Below, piece after piece: positions 37,491-50,213 of a stretch of DNA of 64,000 bases; the stretch's first letter is position 1; every line of letters starts with the position of its first letter. The stretch spans positions 1,736,001 to 1,800,000 of the forward strand of contig CATNEN010000001.1 in assembly GCA_950097015.1 (NCBI GenBank), in the 5' to 3' direction. Made by a program: the position numbers and the translations under genes. Origin of the DNA: Macrostomum hystrix (Eukaryota > Animalia > Platyhelminthes). The notes under the pieces are model-generated. The model was given only the letters and a program-made list of their open reading frames with translations, did no database searches and was not told the DNA's origin.

Positions 37491-38910
37491 CTCGTGAGAC
37501 TGAAAGGTATACTCGGTGTTGTAATGGTACATTGCGAGCGCAGAGGTACTATCACACACTGCGCTCGCGATTCACAGTCACCCCGACCTGACCCGGATTT
37601 CAGAAAATCGAAGCCGCAACCACCATAATTGCCGAAATTTTCCCTGTTTAAAATCTGATTTAAAAAAATTCTCTTGGAAACGAAATCACCAATCAACATC
37701 GATAAAAGCTGCTTAATGATCACTTCTGCAGATTTTTTTAACAGCATCCAATTAAAGTGCCACTTACAATTTCGTGTGACCTTCTGTACTGCTTTTGGAA
37801 CAATTTTCAATCATTTTACAACTTTGCTAATTGTCAGTCAGGCGGCCCCTGTCTTCGCAATTCTCCCAAATATTTGGCTAGCTGCTTGCCACACTTTCCA
37901 AAACGGTGTCACGATATTTACAGCCTCCCCAAACTAGCGGACAAAAATCCCTCTGATCAATAATAATTATCGCCAAACGCCAAAAGTTATAAAATAAGTT
38001 TTCAACATCTGCGATGCAGTTGAAAAATGAAAAATAAAATTATAAAATTTCGAAGTCAAAATCGCTGGATTACCTGTCACTTGGCATCACCGTTGCTATG
38101 GCCCCCCCGTGCCCGAGGAGATATGTTTCTGGTTCCCCTCCCCCCCAGCCAGGCTGTGTTGAACCTGCTGTGTCAACAATCCCCCCTCAGTCATTATAAT
38201 AGAACCTGTTTTGATCATCACTGCTGGCCCGTTTAACATCTTCTTCTTCTATGGAATTTTCACACCTCCACTTCGAATCGTCATTATTGTCTGCCGCGCC
38301 CTTCATTTTCGCACAGATGCATTCCTGGCTAGCAGATGGGCAAGCTGTTGCCGCTGCATAATTAACAAGCTGCCTTGTTTTAGTTTCTATGGGCCAATTT
38401 CTGACGCTGGCGAAATAAATACGGGAATAACAGATTCTTCCGCAACTAACTATCATATTTTTCACTCGTTTCACAAAATAATGACTCTATACCCTCAAAC
38501 TCCTGCGTCCGCTCCGTGTCCGGTATAAAAATCCCTTTTTTATGATGTTTACAAAGCAAATATTGCCCATATCAGGGACTGCAGATTCTCTAATATCGGG
38601 CGACAAAAGCTTGTAAAAATTGCAAAACCCACCCACTGCTTTTCCACCAGAAATAGTCTTTGAAATCCCAACTTTCCCATGAAATCTTCAAACTAGACAA
38701 ATAGTGTAAGCATCAATTCGCTCATATGTTAGCAGACTGAAGCCACGAAGAAGATATTGAAAAACTCGAGCTAAGCCGAATGAATCGAAAAATTCTCAAC
38801 AAAATGTCAAATAGAAAATATTCTTGCAATTTCTGATGAAATTTTCGAGTGGTTGACCCGCCATACTGATAGATAGCAGGCAGCTTATTGCTCGGAGCAT
38901 TTGAGTCATC

Positions 38911-40260
38911 TCTCAGTCTGTATCAGTCTGTCTCAGTCTGTCTCAGTCTGTCCCAGTCTGTCTCAGTCTGTCTCAGTCTGTCTCAGTCTGTATCAGTCTG
39001 TCTCAGTCTGTATCAGTCTGTATCAGTCTGTATCAGTCTGTATCAGTCTGTCTCAGTCTGTCTCAGTCTGTATCAGTCTGTCTCAGTCTGTCTCAGTCTG
39101 TCTCAGTCTGTCTCAGTCTGTCTCAGTCTGTATCAGTCTGTATCAGTCTGTATCAGTCTATCAGTCTGTCTCAGTCTGTCTCAGTCTGTCTCAGTCTGTC
39201 TCAGTCTGTCTCAGTCTGTCTCAGTCTGTCTCAGTCTGTCTCAGTCTGTATCAGTCTGTCTCAGTCTGTATCAGTCTATCAGTCTGTCTCAGTCTGTCTC
39301 AGTCTGTCTCAGTCTGTCTCAGTCTGTCTCAGTCTGTATCAGTCTGTCTCAGTCTGTCTCAGTCTGTATCAGTCTGTATCAGTCTGTCTCAGTCTGTCTC
39401 AGTCTGTCTCAGTCTGTCTCAGTCTGTATCAGTCTGTATCAGTCTGTCTCAGTCTGTATCAGTCTGTATCAGTCTGTATCAGTCTGTCTCAGTCTGTATC
39501 AGTCTGTCTCAGTCTGTCTCAGTCTGTCTCAGTCTGTCTCAGTCTGTATCAGTCTGTCTCAGTCTGTATCAGTCTGTCTCAGTCTGTATCAGTCTGTCTC
39601 AGTCTGTCTCAGTCTGTCTCAGTCTGTATCAGTCTGTATCAGTCTGTATCAGTCTGTATCAGTCTGTCTCAGTCTGTATCAGTCTGTATCAGTCTGTATC
39701 AGTCTGTATCAGTCTGTCTCAGTCTGTATCAGTCTGTCTCAGTCTGTATCAGTCTGTCTCAGTCTGTATCAGTCTGTATCAGTCTGTATCAGTCTGTCTC
39801 AGTCTGTATCAGTCTGTCTCAGTCTGTCTCAGTCTGTATCAGTCTGTATCAGTCTGTCTCAGTCTGTCCCAGTCTGTCTCAGTCTGTCAGTCTGTCTCAG
39901 TCTGTATCAGTCTGTCTCAGTCTGTCTCAGTCTGTATCAGTCTGTCTCAGTCTGTATCAGTCTGTATCAGTCTGTCAAAGTCTGTCTCAGTCTGTCTCAG
40001 TCTGTCTCAGTCTGTATCAGTCTGTCTCAGTCTGTATCAGTCTGTCTCAGTCTGTATCAGTCTGTATCAGTCTGTATCAGTCTGTATCAGTCTGTCAAAG
40101 TCTGTCTCAGTCTGTCTCAGTCTGTATCAGTCTGTCTCAGTCTGTATCAGTCTGTCTCAGTCTGTCTCAGTCTGTCTCAGTCTGTCTCAGTCTGTATCAG
40201 TCTGTCTCAGTCTGTCTCAGTCTGTATCAGTCTGTCTCAGTCTGTATCAGTCTGTCTCTG
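38911..40260. repeat. 10-bp satellite (t[c/a]tcagtctg)n
   Basis: Array of about 1.35 kb with two main unit variants; source of spurious 486 and 534 aa ORFs. Confidence 0.97.
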
Positions 40261-41369
40261 TCTGTTTTCCCAAATTCTTCAAAATCCCTTTCGCATTATT
40301 CACCGCACGAATCGCCAGATGGACACACAGCGGCTCCATAGTGTCTAGCGGGAATCCTTATGTAGAGGAAATTGTTCCCACAGCGGAAAACAGAATTGCA
40401 AACGTTTCTTGCGATCAAGCTGCTTCTATCGTGCTTCCAACAGCTAGACAGTTGTCGCGATCTAAATTTGAGATTTCCAAAGAGATTTTTTCTGACCATC
40501 ATTGAAAATCAACATTCTACAACTCTTTTAAAAAGCAGCAGATTACGGAACAAAAATTCTTTCGATTTTTCAAAGTGACCAAAAAGGCTTTTTTAGATGG
40601 CAAAACAGTATTTTTGCTAGACAAATCTTTTTCTGCGAGAAAGGATTTGGGTGGAAGAGATTAATAGCCGCAGATAAAGCACCCACACACACACAAGTGT
40701 TAACAGAGTGTGTGTCATTTGCCTTTTACATCGTCAGAAGCAGCAGCTGGTTCTGTCATTCTTGGCGACACCCTTAGCAGTCAGCCTTCGAACCCGCAGC
40801 TGGCTGGTTGTCAATGAATAATAATTCACACTTCCTTTTCTGCTTGTGCGGTGTTGGCAAAACACGGAGCAGAAACACAATGCTTACTGCATGGTGGAAT
40901 TCAGCCATAGAATACGGGGGGGTTTCGTAGTAGACATCCGCCAGATTCCCTGTGTCAGAGGTGTTTTTCGAGCGGACTGGGATATAAATGATGCAGAAAA
41001 AAACCCAGCTGCAAATAACTCGGTCAATCAGTCGGGAGTCCATCATTCATTTGCTGACTTACTGGGTGCCAGTGACGGAACAATCACTTAACACTGTACC
41101 AACAATTATTTGTATTGCATAATATTCAGCGCGACACTTCTAGGTCCAACGAAGCTTTCTCATTCGGAAAGACTGCACTCCAACACTTTCCCGAAACTAA
41201 AATGTTTTTTTCTCCAAAATCTAACCCCTCTTTCACCGAAACAGAATTTTTTTTTCGAAACTCTGCAGCCCTTTTAGATCGAGATAATCTTGTTATAGTA
41301 CTTATAATAAGTAGCTAATTCCGTAGTGTCCTGTTATTTCTCGATGGATGCCACTGTAAGGAGATTCGA

Positions 41370-42143
41370 TCTCTCCCCTGTCTTATCTCTCCCCTGTCTT
41401 ATCTCTTCCCTGTCTTATCTCTTCCTTGTCTTATCTCACCCCTGTCTTATCTCTCCCCTGTCTTATCTCTCCCCTGTCTTATCTCTCCCCTGTCTTATCT
41501 CTCCCCTGTCTTATCTCTCCCCTGTCTTATCTCTCCCCTGTCTTATCTCTCCCCTGTCTTATCTCTCCCCTGCCTTATCTCTTCCCTGTCTTATCTCTCC
41601 TCTGTCTTAACTCTCCCCTGTCTTATCTCTCCCCTGTCTTATCTCTTCCTTGTCTTATCTCTTCCCTGTCTTATCTCTCCCCTGTCTTATCTCTCCCCTG
41701 TCTTATCTCTCCCCTGTCTTATCTCTCCCCTGTCTTATCTCTCCCCTGTCTTATCTCTCCCCTGTCTTATCTCTCCCCTGTCTTATCTCTCCCCTGTCTT
41801 ATCTCTCCCGTGTCTTATCTCTCCCCTGCCTTATCTCTTCCCTGTCTTATCTCTCCTCTGTCTTATCTCTCCCCTGTCTTATCTCTCCCCTGTCTTATCT
41901 CTTCCAATTCTTATCTCTTCCCTGTCTTATCTCTCCCCTGTCTTATCTCTCCCCTGTCTTATCTCTCCCCTGTCTTATCTCTCCCCTGTCTTATCTCTCT
42001 CCTGTCTTATCTCTCCCGTGTCTTATCTCTCCCCTGTCTTATCTCTCCTCTGTCTTATCTCTCCCCTGTCTTATCTCTCCCCTGTCTTATCTCTCCCCTG
42101 TCTTATCTCTTCCTTGTCTTATCTCTCCCCTGTCTTATCTCTC
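41370..42143. repeat. 16-bp minisatellite (tgtcttatctctcccc)n
   Basis: Tandem array; inverted partner at 43013-43725. Confidence 0.95.
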
Positions 42144-42721
42144 AGCCAGTCGTCCTTTTCATTTGCCGTTGGTAAAGCCAACATCATTAAAAAAATTTAC
42201 TGATGCAAAAAACCTTTAAGTGTATTGACGACTGAGAAAAGAATGAATAGTCGAATTCATAGCCTATGCATATTGAGCACTTTTAGCACACTTTGAGCAG
42301 TTAAATAATGGTAAATTATTCAGTAGCACGCCCCCGCGCAATTCGATATAGGAGTATAATAAACTACATTCCGCCAGGCCAATAAAAACTTATCGATTAA
42401 ATTGTCCCCTTTCCCAATAGTGCGCGCAGTGACTTGTGGGCTAGGGAGTGTACACCGATTCCCCCTTGATCTGTTAATCCTGAATTTCCTATTTGGCTCT
42501 GGGGGTTATTTTCCTGTATTGAGCAAAATTGGCTTCCCCGAGAAATTTCCTAGAACCACATTCTTTTCTGTACAGACTTGCGTAGAGATTGTACGCCCAG
42601 GCTAGGGAAAACTAGTTTTGCACATTTTTTGCCCAACGATTCAACTCGAGTACACGCGCGGGTTTTAAAAATGCTGGTCTAAATTTGTTTTAATTTGATT
42701 TTAACTAATTAGACTCTCACA

Positions 42722-44983
42722 ATGATGACAGAAATGCAGGAGGTCCATTTGAATCAACAGCAGCAGCAGAAGACATCACAAGCAAGAGAGCCGCCGCCGC
42801 CGCCGCAGCAGCAGCAGCAGCAGCAACTGCTTTTGCAGGGAAGACTATTTAGAATCTTGAGAAACGACTCAGTGCAGCTTCTACTACCCGTAATGCTTGA
42901 CAGGGTCCCTCAGCATATAGCAGTGAGGTGAGTCCTCTGCTACAACTTTGGTTTGGTTTCATTGAATATACTCGTAGTGCTATTATTTAATCTTACATTA
43001 AACATAATGTAAGGGGAGAGACAAGACAGGGGAGAGATAAGACAGGGGAGAGACAAGACAGGGGAGAGATGAGACAGGGGAGAGATAAGACAGGGGAGAG
43101 ATAAGACAGGGGAGAGACAAGACAGGGGAGAGATAAGACAGGGAGAGATAAGACAGGGAAGAGATAAGACAGGGAAGAGATAAGACAGGGGAGAGATAAG
43201 ACAGGGAAGAGATAAGACAGGGGAGAGATAAGACAGGGGAGAGATAAGACAGGGGAGAGATAAGACAGGGGAGAGATAAGACACGGGAGAGATAAGACAG
43301 GGGAGAGATAAGACAGGAGAGAGATAAGACAGGGGAGAGATAAGACAGGGCGAGATAAGACAGGAGAGAGATAAGACAGGGGAGAGATAAGACACGGGAG
43401 AGATAAGACAGGGGAGAGATAAGACAGGGGAGAGAAAAGACAGGGAGAGATAAGACAGGGGAGAGATAAGACAGGGGAGAGATAAGACAGGGGAGAGATA
43501 AGACAGGAGAGAGATAAGACAGGGGAGAGATAAGACAGGGCGAGATAAGACAGGGGAGAGATAAGACAGGGGAGAGATAAGACAGGGGAGAAATAAGACA
43601 GGGGAGAGATAAGACAGGGGAGAGATAAGACAGGGGAGAGATAAGACAGGGGAGAGATAAGACAGGAGAGAGATAAGACAGGGGAGAGATAAGACAGGGG
43701 AGAGATAAGACAGGGGAGAGATAAGTGTCTAATCTTATTATTTAAATTTAGCACTATTTACTTTTCTAATCTGATATCTCTCTAACCACTCCTTTCTCCC
43801 TTCTCCCTCTCCCATATTCCTCTCTCCCCTCTCCATCTCTCCCCTCTCCCTCTCCCTCTCTCCCTCCCTCCCCTCTCCCCTTTCTATCTCCCTCTCTCCC
43901 CTCTCTGCTTCCTATTTCCCTCCTCCCCAAGAGAGAGAGACTCAGAGTGTTAAATCTAACGCAGAAATGCATCCGCCCTTTCAAGGCGCCTAGGCCAATG
44001 GCAAGTGCCCTGCCTGCAGGTGATCACGGACTCGTCTCCGTTGCTACATTTCGGTGACCTGATCCTAGAATGGTGCGGCGTCCAGTGCCTGGATAGGTCA
44101 GACAATTATCACGAATTTCTGGCTCGCCTGGTGTCGGCTGGTCAGCGAGCTGTGGCGGGTGGTCGGCAGCTGCCGCTGGTTGTGCTCCGCTGTCAGCCAG
44201 GGCCGCTGCACGAGCTGGCAGACCGGCTGCTGATGGACGGCGCCGAGAGGCAAGTGGCAGCGTTGAGCCTTCGGCTGGACAGCCTGGCCGAACGGCGAAG
44301 CGGTGACAGCGGCGTCGGCGGTCTCAGTGTGAGAACCGCGCCAGCGGCCATGACTTCGTCGGATGGTTTGACAGCCTCGTCGGCGTTATTGCCGACGTCG
44401 ACTGGCGGTGTCGGAGGCTTCGCCGTTGACGGTTCGGTGACTGAGGAGGTAGGTGCACTGCCGGAGGTCAGGTGTCAAATTCTGGGTGTCGAATGTCGGG
44501 TGTCAAATTTCAGGTGTCGAATGTCGGGTGTCGAATGCAAAATGTCGGGTGTTAGGTGTCAAATGTCGCTTGTGGAGTGTCGAATGTCGGGTGTCGAATG
44601 TCGAATGCCGGTTGTCGAATATCAGGTGTTGAATGTCGCGTGTCGAATTTCGGGTGTCGAATGTCAGGCGTTTTTACCCCGCCCACTCACGCATTTCCCG
44701 ACACTGTCACCAGGAGGTGCCGTGTCGCAAGTGTCGCCAGCGGCAGCGCAGTCTGCAAGCCCTCCTGGAGGAGAAGAACCGTCGCATCATTCGTCTGGAA
44801 TGCGCCCTGAGACTGCAGCGTCAGCTGCTGACCGCGAGGTCGCCGGCAGCCGCGGCGAACGCAGAACTGGTCAGCCTGATCATGGAGGAAGCTCCGGGAT
44901 TGTTGGAATCTGCAGGAAAGCGGCTGCGCGGACGTCTCGACGGTGAAATGCACGCGGAGCCAAGCGGTGGCAGACGGCATTAA
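42722..44983 (+). CDS. Uncharacterised protein with divergent PDZ-like segment and C-terminal coiled coil, 3 exons: 42722-42927, 43965-44448, 44714-44983
   Basis: In-frame GT-AG joins: phase 2 AG|gtgagt...ctaacgcag|A and phase 0 GAG|gtaggt...caccag|GAG. An alternative join 42922/44020 is also in frame. SPLLHFGDLILEWCGV resembles the PDZ 'L..GD.ILEVNG' motif; CRKCRQRQRSLQALLEEKNRRIIRLECAL is heptad-like. GC-rich coding-like composition. Confidence 0.65.
43013..43725. repeat. 16-bp minisatellite (ggggagagataagaca)n, intronic, inverted relative to 41370-42143
   Basis: Unit is the exact reverse complement of the 41.4-42.1 kb unit. Confidence 0.95.
44466..44667. repeat. Degenerate (gtcgaatgtcgggt)-type repeat filling intron 44449-44713
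   Basis: Short degenerate tandem units. Confidence 0.8.
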
Positions 44984-45133
44984 ATTTTTGTTCCTGGAAA
45001 CTCCGAACCCGAAATCGTGTTGGCTTTAATTTCGCATCTACAAGCGTATAGTCGAATTTATACAAACTCTATTGACCTGCGAAAATGCGTGTCTTCGTCC
45101 TGATTGGTTGGCTGATTAAAAATTGAGATGGCT

Positions 45134-45500
45134 TTTAACTTTGACCTTGACATTTACCGCGCCAACAATCAGATTGGATTTTGCCGTCTAGGGCGTGAGG
45201 TGGTGCGGTTTAATTTTGACCTTGAACTTTACCGCGCCAACCAATCAGATTAGAGTTTGCCTTCTAGAGCGTGAGGTGGTGCGGTTTAACTTTGACCTTG
45301 AACTTTACCGCGCCAACCAATCAGATTAGAGTTTGCCTTCTAGGGCGTGAGGTGGTGCGGTTTAACTTAGACTTTGAACTTTACCGCGCCAACCAATCAG
45401 ATTAGAGTTTGCCTTCTAGGGCGTGAGGTGGTGCGGTTTAACTTTGACCTTAAACTTTACCGCGCCAACCAATCAACCAACTAATGCCGTCTAGGGCGTG
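45134..45500. repeat. 76-bp tandem repeat, about 5 copies
   Basis: Unit tttaactttgaccttgaactttaccgcgccaaccaatcagattagagtttgccttctagggcgtgaggtggtgcgg; starts at 45285, 45361 and 45437. Confidence 0.92.
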
Positions 45501-46109
45501 ACATTTTGCGGCTTGAGGGATCATGGAAAATCCGTAATAAAGGAACGCAATGTACATGTTTCCCTACCCAATGTACCAATGAGCCTATACCTATTTGTAT
45601 AGCTGGCTATATTACTCTGTAAGTGAGATTTACTGCTCAAACAACAAAAAATAACTGTTTCATTCATGTACATGTAAATTCAGTGCCTAGTAATAAGTGT
45701 CTTAGTTCGGATACATTTTTAACTAGAGCGAAGCTTGCTCTAATGCTTCTATTTTACTGTCAGTAGTAAATGCGGTATTGGCTTACTGTCTGAAATAACA
45801 GTTTCTGTAATTTTTTGCGAGTTAAACTTACTTTTATGTTCTTTGTTTCGATGTAAATTCGAATAGACGTTTTTGTCCTTTTTATTTTATATTACTATCT
45901 ATCTATATTTGTTTATCTGCTTAAGGTCCTTTTTAATTATTACACTATATCTGATAAGACTAATTGCGTTTCGACTAATTAACTTTCACCACTCCATTTG
46001 TGAGGCCCAGAGTTCAAAAACTTTGTTAAGAAGAGACTGCTATCTTTAATTAGTTTTTTACAACAAAATGCGATAAACGGCTGAGTCAGAAAATAAACTA
46101 GATAAGAAA

Positions 46110-46330
46110 GAAACTTTCCAGGTAAAAAACTTTCCAGATAATAAACTTTCCAGATAAGAAACTCACCAGATAAGAAACTCACCAGATAAGAAACTCACCA
46201 GATAAGAAACTCACCAGATAAGAAACTCACCAGATAAGAAACTCACCAGATGAGAAACTTTCCAGATAAGAAACTCACCAGATAAGAAACTCACCAGATA
46301 AGAAACTCACCAGATAAGAAACTTTCCAGG
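46110..46330. repeat. 16-bp minisatellite (ccagataagaaactca)n
   Basis: Tandem array. Confidence 0.9.
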
Positions 46331-46820
46331 TGATTGGCTTTGCAAAACAATTAATTAAACGATAAATCTTACTCCAAGTACTCGTATGGGTATAAATTTG
46401 CGCCAAAAACGGCAGTAGAAAAAACAAAGTTTAGTTTAAGAAAGATGCAGCGCAGCAAAGTGCAGGAATTTTTTAGCAAAGGTGCTCAAGTGGCTGCCGA
46501 ACTGCTCAAGCTCAACTTGAATTCAAAATTATGAGTAGCTGAGACGTACAGAACGGGCTACACAGTATTCTATTCACTGTTATTAAATGGCTATCGGGTT
46601 TTAGAAGAGAATGTGATAAGAAATGAGCGGTTTCTATTAAACCAGTGATGGTCCTGTTGCTAACCAGATTTCGCGGCAAGTACAATAAAATAAGAGAGAC
46701 TGTGCTTGTATATAGCTGCACAAAAGACTTACAAAAACCCATGTAGGTGCAGACAATTCTAACGCGAACTCAGAAAACAAGAAACAAACAGAATTAAATA
46801 ATTTTTTTGCTTAGAGAGCA

Positions 46821-49582
46821 ATGCTTTGGAGACCGCAGCAGAAGAAGCTGATTTACACTGCATTGCACCAGGCTGTGCTGGATTGTCGCACTGACCAGGT
46901 TCGCCTGCTGGTGGAACGCTGCGGCGCCGATGTTGATAGTCGAGAGGTGAGATTGACTACCATGACAGGGGCACTTGGTGCTTGGCTCTCCTGAGCACTT
47001 TCTAAGATATGGACTGAGGCTAGCCTGAAGATTTTCTAGGAAATGGATTGAGGCTTCCCTGAAATTTTCTAGGAAATGGGTTGAGGCTTCCCTGAAATTT
47101 TCTAGGAAATGGGTTGAGGCTTCCCTGAAATTTTCTAGGAAATGGATTAAGGTTTTCCTGGAGATTTTCTAGGAAATCGATTAAGGCTTCTCTGAAGATT
47201 TTCTAGGAAATGGATTAAGGTTTCCCTGAAGATTTTCTAGGAAATGGATTGAGGTTTCTATGAAGATTTTCTAGGAAATGGATTGAGGTTTCTCTGAAGA
47301 TTTTCTAGGAAATGGATTGAGGTTTCTCTGAAGATTTTCTAGGAAATGGGTTGAGGCTTCCCTGAAATTTTCTAGGAAATGGATTAAGGTTTCCCTGGAG
47401 ATTTTCTAGGAAATGGAAATGGATTGAGGCTTCCCTGAAATTTTCTAGGAAATGGATTAAGGTTTTCTTGGAGATTTTCTAGGAAATTGATTGAGGCTAC
47501 CCTAAAGATTTTCTAGGAAATTGGTTAATGCTAGCCTAAGGATTTTCTAGGAAATGGAAATGGCTTGAGGCTTCCCTGAAGATTTTCTAGGAAATGGATT
47601 GAGGCTTCCCTGAAGATTTTCTAGGAAATTGATTGAGGCTTCCCTGAAGATTTTCTAGGAAATGGATTAAGGCTTCCCTGAAATTTTCTAGAAAATGGAA
47701 ATGGATTGAGGCTTCCCTGAAATTTTCTAGGAAATTAATTTAGGTTTTCCTGGAGATTTTCTAGGAAATGAATTTAGGTTTTCCTGGAGATTTTCTAGGA
47801 AATTGATTGAGGCTACCCTAAAGATTTTCTAGGAAATTGGTTAATGCTAGCCTGAAGATTTTCTAGGAAATTGATTGAGGCTTCCCTGAAATTTTCTAGG
47901 ATTTTACTGAGGCTCTCCTTACTTTCCCTGAATAATTTTGTCAGGTATTCGGCCGGACGCCGCTCATGCTCTGCTGCATGCTCGACTGTTTGCCAGTTGC
48001 CATGGCAATAGCCAAAACGCTGTTAAAAGCCAAACCGGATCTGGAGCTCAAGGACAATTTGGGTCGCACCGCTCTAGCCTACGCTTGTATCTATGGCAGG
48101 GAGGCACTCGTCATTCACCTGGCCAGAACTCAGGTGAGTTCGGGATGACAAATCGTTACCAATGGTCGCAGGTAGAATAAACTGAATTTCCACCTGAAAA
48201 CTGAAAACCCAACGCAGGTGCTTGATCCAACTGAGCCAGACAATGACGGCTGCACCCCGTTGCATCACATCGCCGTGCAGGGCAACTCGCGAATCGCCTG
48301 CATGCTAGTCGACCTCGCACTGGAGAACCGCGCCACAGTGGACTGCCGCAATCGCCTGGGCCTGACGCCGCTAATGCTTGCCTGTCAGAGCGGCAATTTT
48401 CGGGTCGGTCTCTACCTGCTACTGAACGGTTGCGCCTCCGCTTACCTGCGCGACAACGCCTGCTTCATGAGCGCCCTAGAATGGCTCGAGAAGGGTGGTC
48501 ATGGCGCAGCCGACAAACGCGGCTCCGCCAAGGCGGACGAAGTTCGCCGGGTGTACACGGCCGGCGCTGTGCGACCACGCGTACCCGAGAATCGCCAGCA
48601 TCAGCACTGGCACCGTCATCAGCGCCAGGAGTTCACCTACCGCCAGCTGCACAGCGCCCGGCACTCTTCGACGTCGGCTTCCACCGGAAGGCCCGCCAAC
48701 GGAGGCGGTCCAGCGGACGACGCTCTTCCGCGTCTACTGTCGACAACGCCGCCAGCGACTGCGATGTCAACGTTGACAACGCCGCCAGCGGCATTGGACA
48801 CGGGCCGTCGACCGTCGGTCGACGATCCACTCTGGTCGGAGCGGACCAGACTGCGACCGCGGCCAGCCACGGTCAGCGCCTTCCGCGTCCAATTCATCGA
48901 CGACGACGACGTGGACGAAGTTCTAATTCACGCCGCTGTCAAAGACGACGAGAATCGTCCTCCAGGCATCAGCGGCAAGGTTGTCACCGTTGACGTTGAC
49001 AACCTGACGGAGGCAGCCGCCAGACGGCTTTTGGCCCGACGCCTGCGAGCCCAAGCTGCTCAGTACAGCTACCTCGGTGGCACTGCTGGGGGCGCGAACT
49101 CGCGACTCTCCTCAGCAGCTTCGATCACGTCGGCAGGCGAAGGTTGCGGCCAGCAGCGCCCAGCTACTGCAGCCAACTCAACCGCCTCTGGAAACAGCGA
49201 GGTGGTCAACGCATGCCGGCTGCTGCAAATGCTGCACGATGCCAGAGCTGCGCCGCTTCCAGCCAAACGACTGACCCCTGCGGCCACCGCGGCCCTCGCT
49301 GCCGCCGCCTCCCGGTCTGGCTCGGCGTCGGCGTCGCTGGCCGGCTCCAGGCGTCAGAGCCAAACCACGGGCCCTTCAACATCTGCCATTGTGACTGTGG
49401 CAGCCGCAGCAGCAGCTGCCGCAGCCGCCGCCGCATTCTCAAACGCTGGCAAGTCGACGCTGGCGCCGGCCGTTGTCAGGGACACTCCGAGCCCCAGGGA
49501 GCGGCGCAGCGTCACCTTCAAAGAGCCCGCAACGGCTGCTGCTGCTGCTGCTGCGGCTCTGTCTCAGTCGTTGAGAAAGTGA
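46821..49582 (+). CDS. Ankyrin-repeat protein (ANKRD34/ANKRD63-like architecture: N-terminal ankyrins, long disordered tail), 3 exons: 46821-46946, 47945-48133, 48218-49582
   Basis: Five ankyrin repeats: TALHQAV...GADVDSRE|VFGRTPLMLCC, GRTALAYAC, GCTPLHHIA, GLTPLMLAC. Both introns are phase-0 GT-AG. The start ATG is tentative because an acceptor-like ttag precedes it. Confidence 0.88.
47000..47905. repeat. 32-34-bp minisatellite (ttttctaggaaatggattgaggcttccctgaaga)n, intronic
   Basis: Tandem array filling the intron. Confidence 0.95.
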
Positions 49583-49869
49583 ATTAAGTGAACCTTGCTA
49601 TCGGAAACCGTATTAGATATTTTTGTCTGAAACCAACAGAATTTCGAGTATCATATTGCGTTCTAAGATTGGTAAACATTTTAATTTCTTTAAAAAAATT
49701 GTCTGACTACTACAAGCTAGAATAACGAAAGTTACATCAAACTTACTCTATATGTATTGCCAAACTTTTATATTAATTCGGCTAATTTTTTATGGACTTC
49801 ACTGTTCGATATGAAACGACTTTAATCAGCAAGCGAAACTGGGAGATAATCTCCGATAGCTGTCGATCA

Positions 49870-50213
49870 GTTAGCAGTAGAAGGATCACGCTATTTTCCC
49901 CTAGGGAAAGACCACAAGGGCATTTCAAATACCCACTGCCTACTTCACGACAGCTCCCAAACCGAATGACCTATTTTCGTGGAAGTCCAACATTAGAATC
50001 AAATTTTGTCGTCATCAATAACTTTCAAAGCCGTCCGAATCAGCATCGTCGAGATATTCAGCGGTTCTTGTTGAAAATCGTAAACCTATTTGGTGAATCA
50101 ATTCAAAAAGTGTATAAATTAACAATATAATCAATACAAAATTAGTCGACAACAATATACAAAAGAGAAAACTCTGGATTTTTTAAATACCCTATGGTAT
50201 TTGTACTGTTAAA
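49870..50213. mobile_element. MITE-like dispersed repeat, copy 1
   Basis: Shares tttcaaatacccactgc..ctacttcacgacagct and ataactttcaaagccgtc..cag.atcgtcgagatattcagcg with 62398-62672; imperfect inverted ends of about 20 bp. Confidence 0.6.

Noticed and set aside
38888-43754. Long ORFs of 189-534 aa at 38.9-40.5 kb and 41.4-43.8 kb
   Set aside because: Stop-free 10-bp and 16-bp satellites open in several frames at once.
48430-49587. Multiple alternative-frame and antisense ORFs over the ankyrin gene's last exon
   Set aside because: Expected shadows of a GC-rich coding exon.
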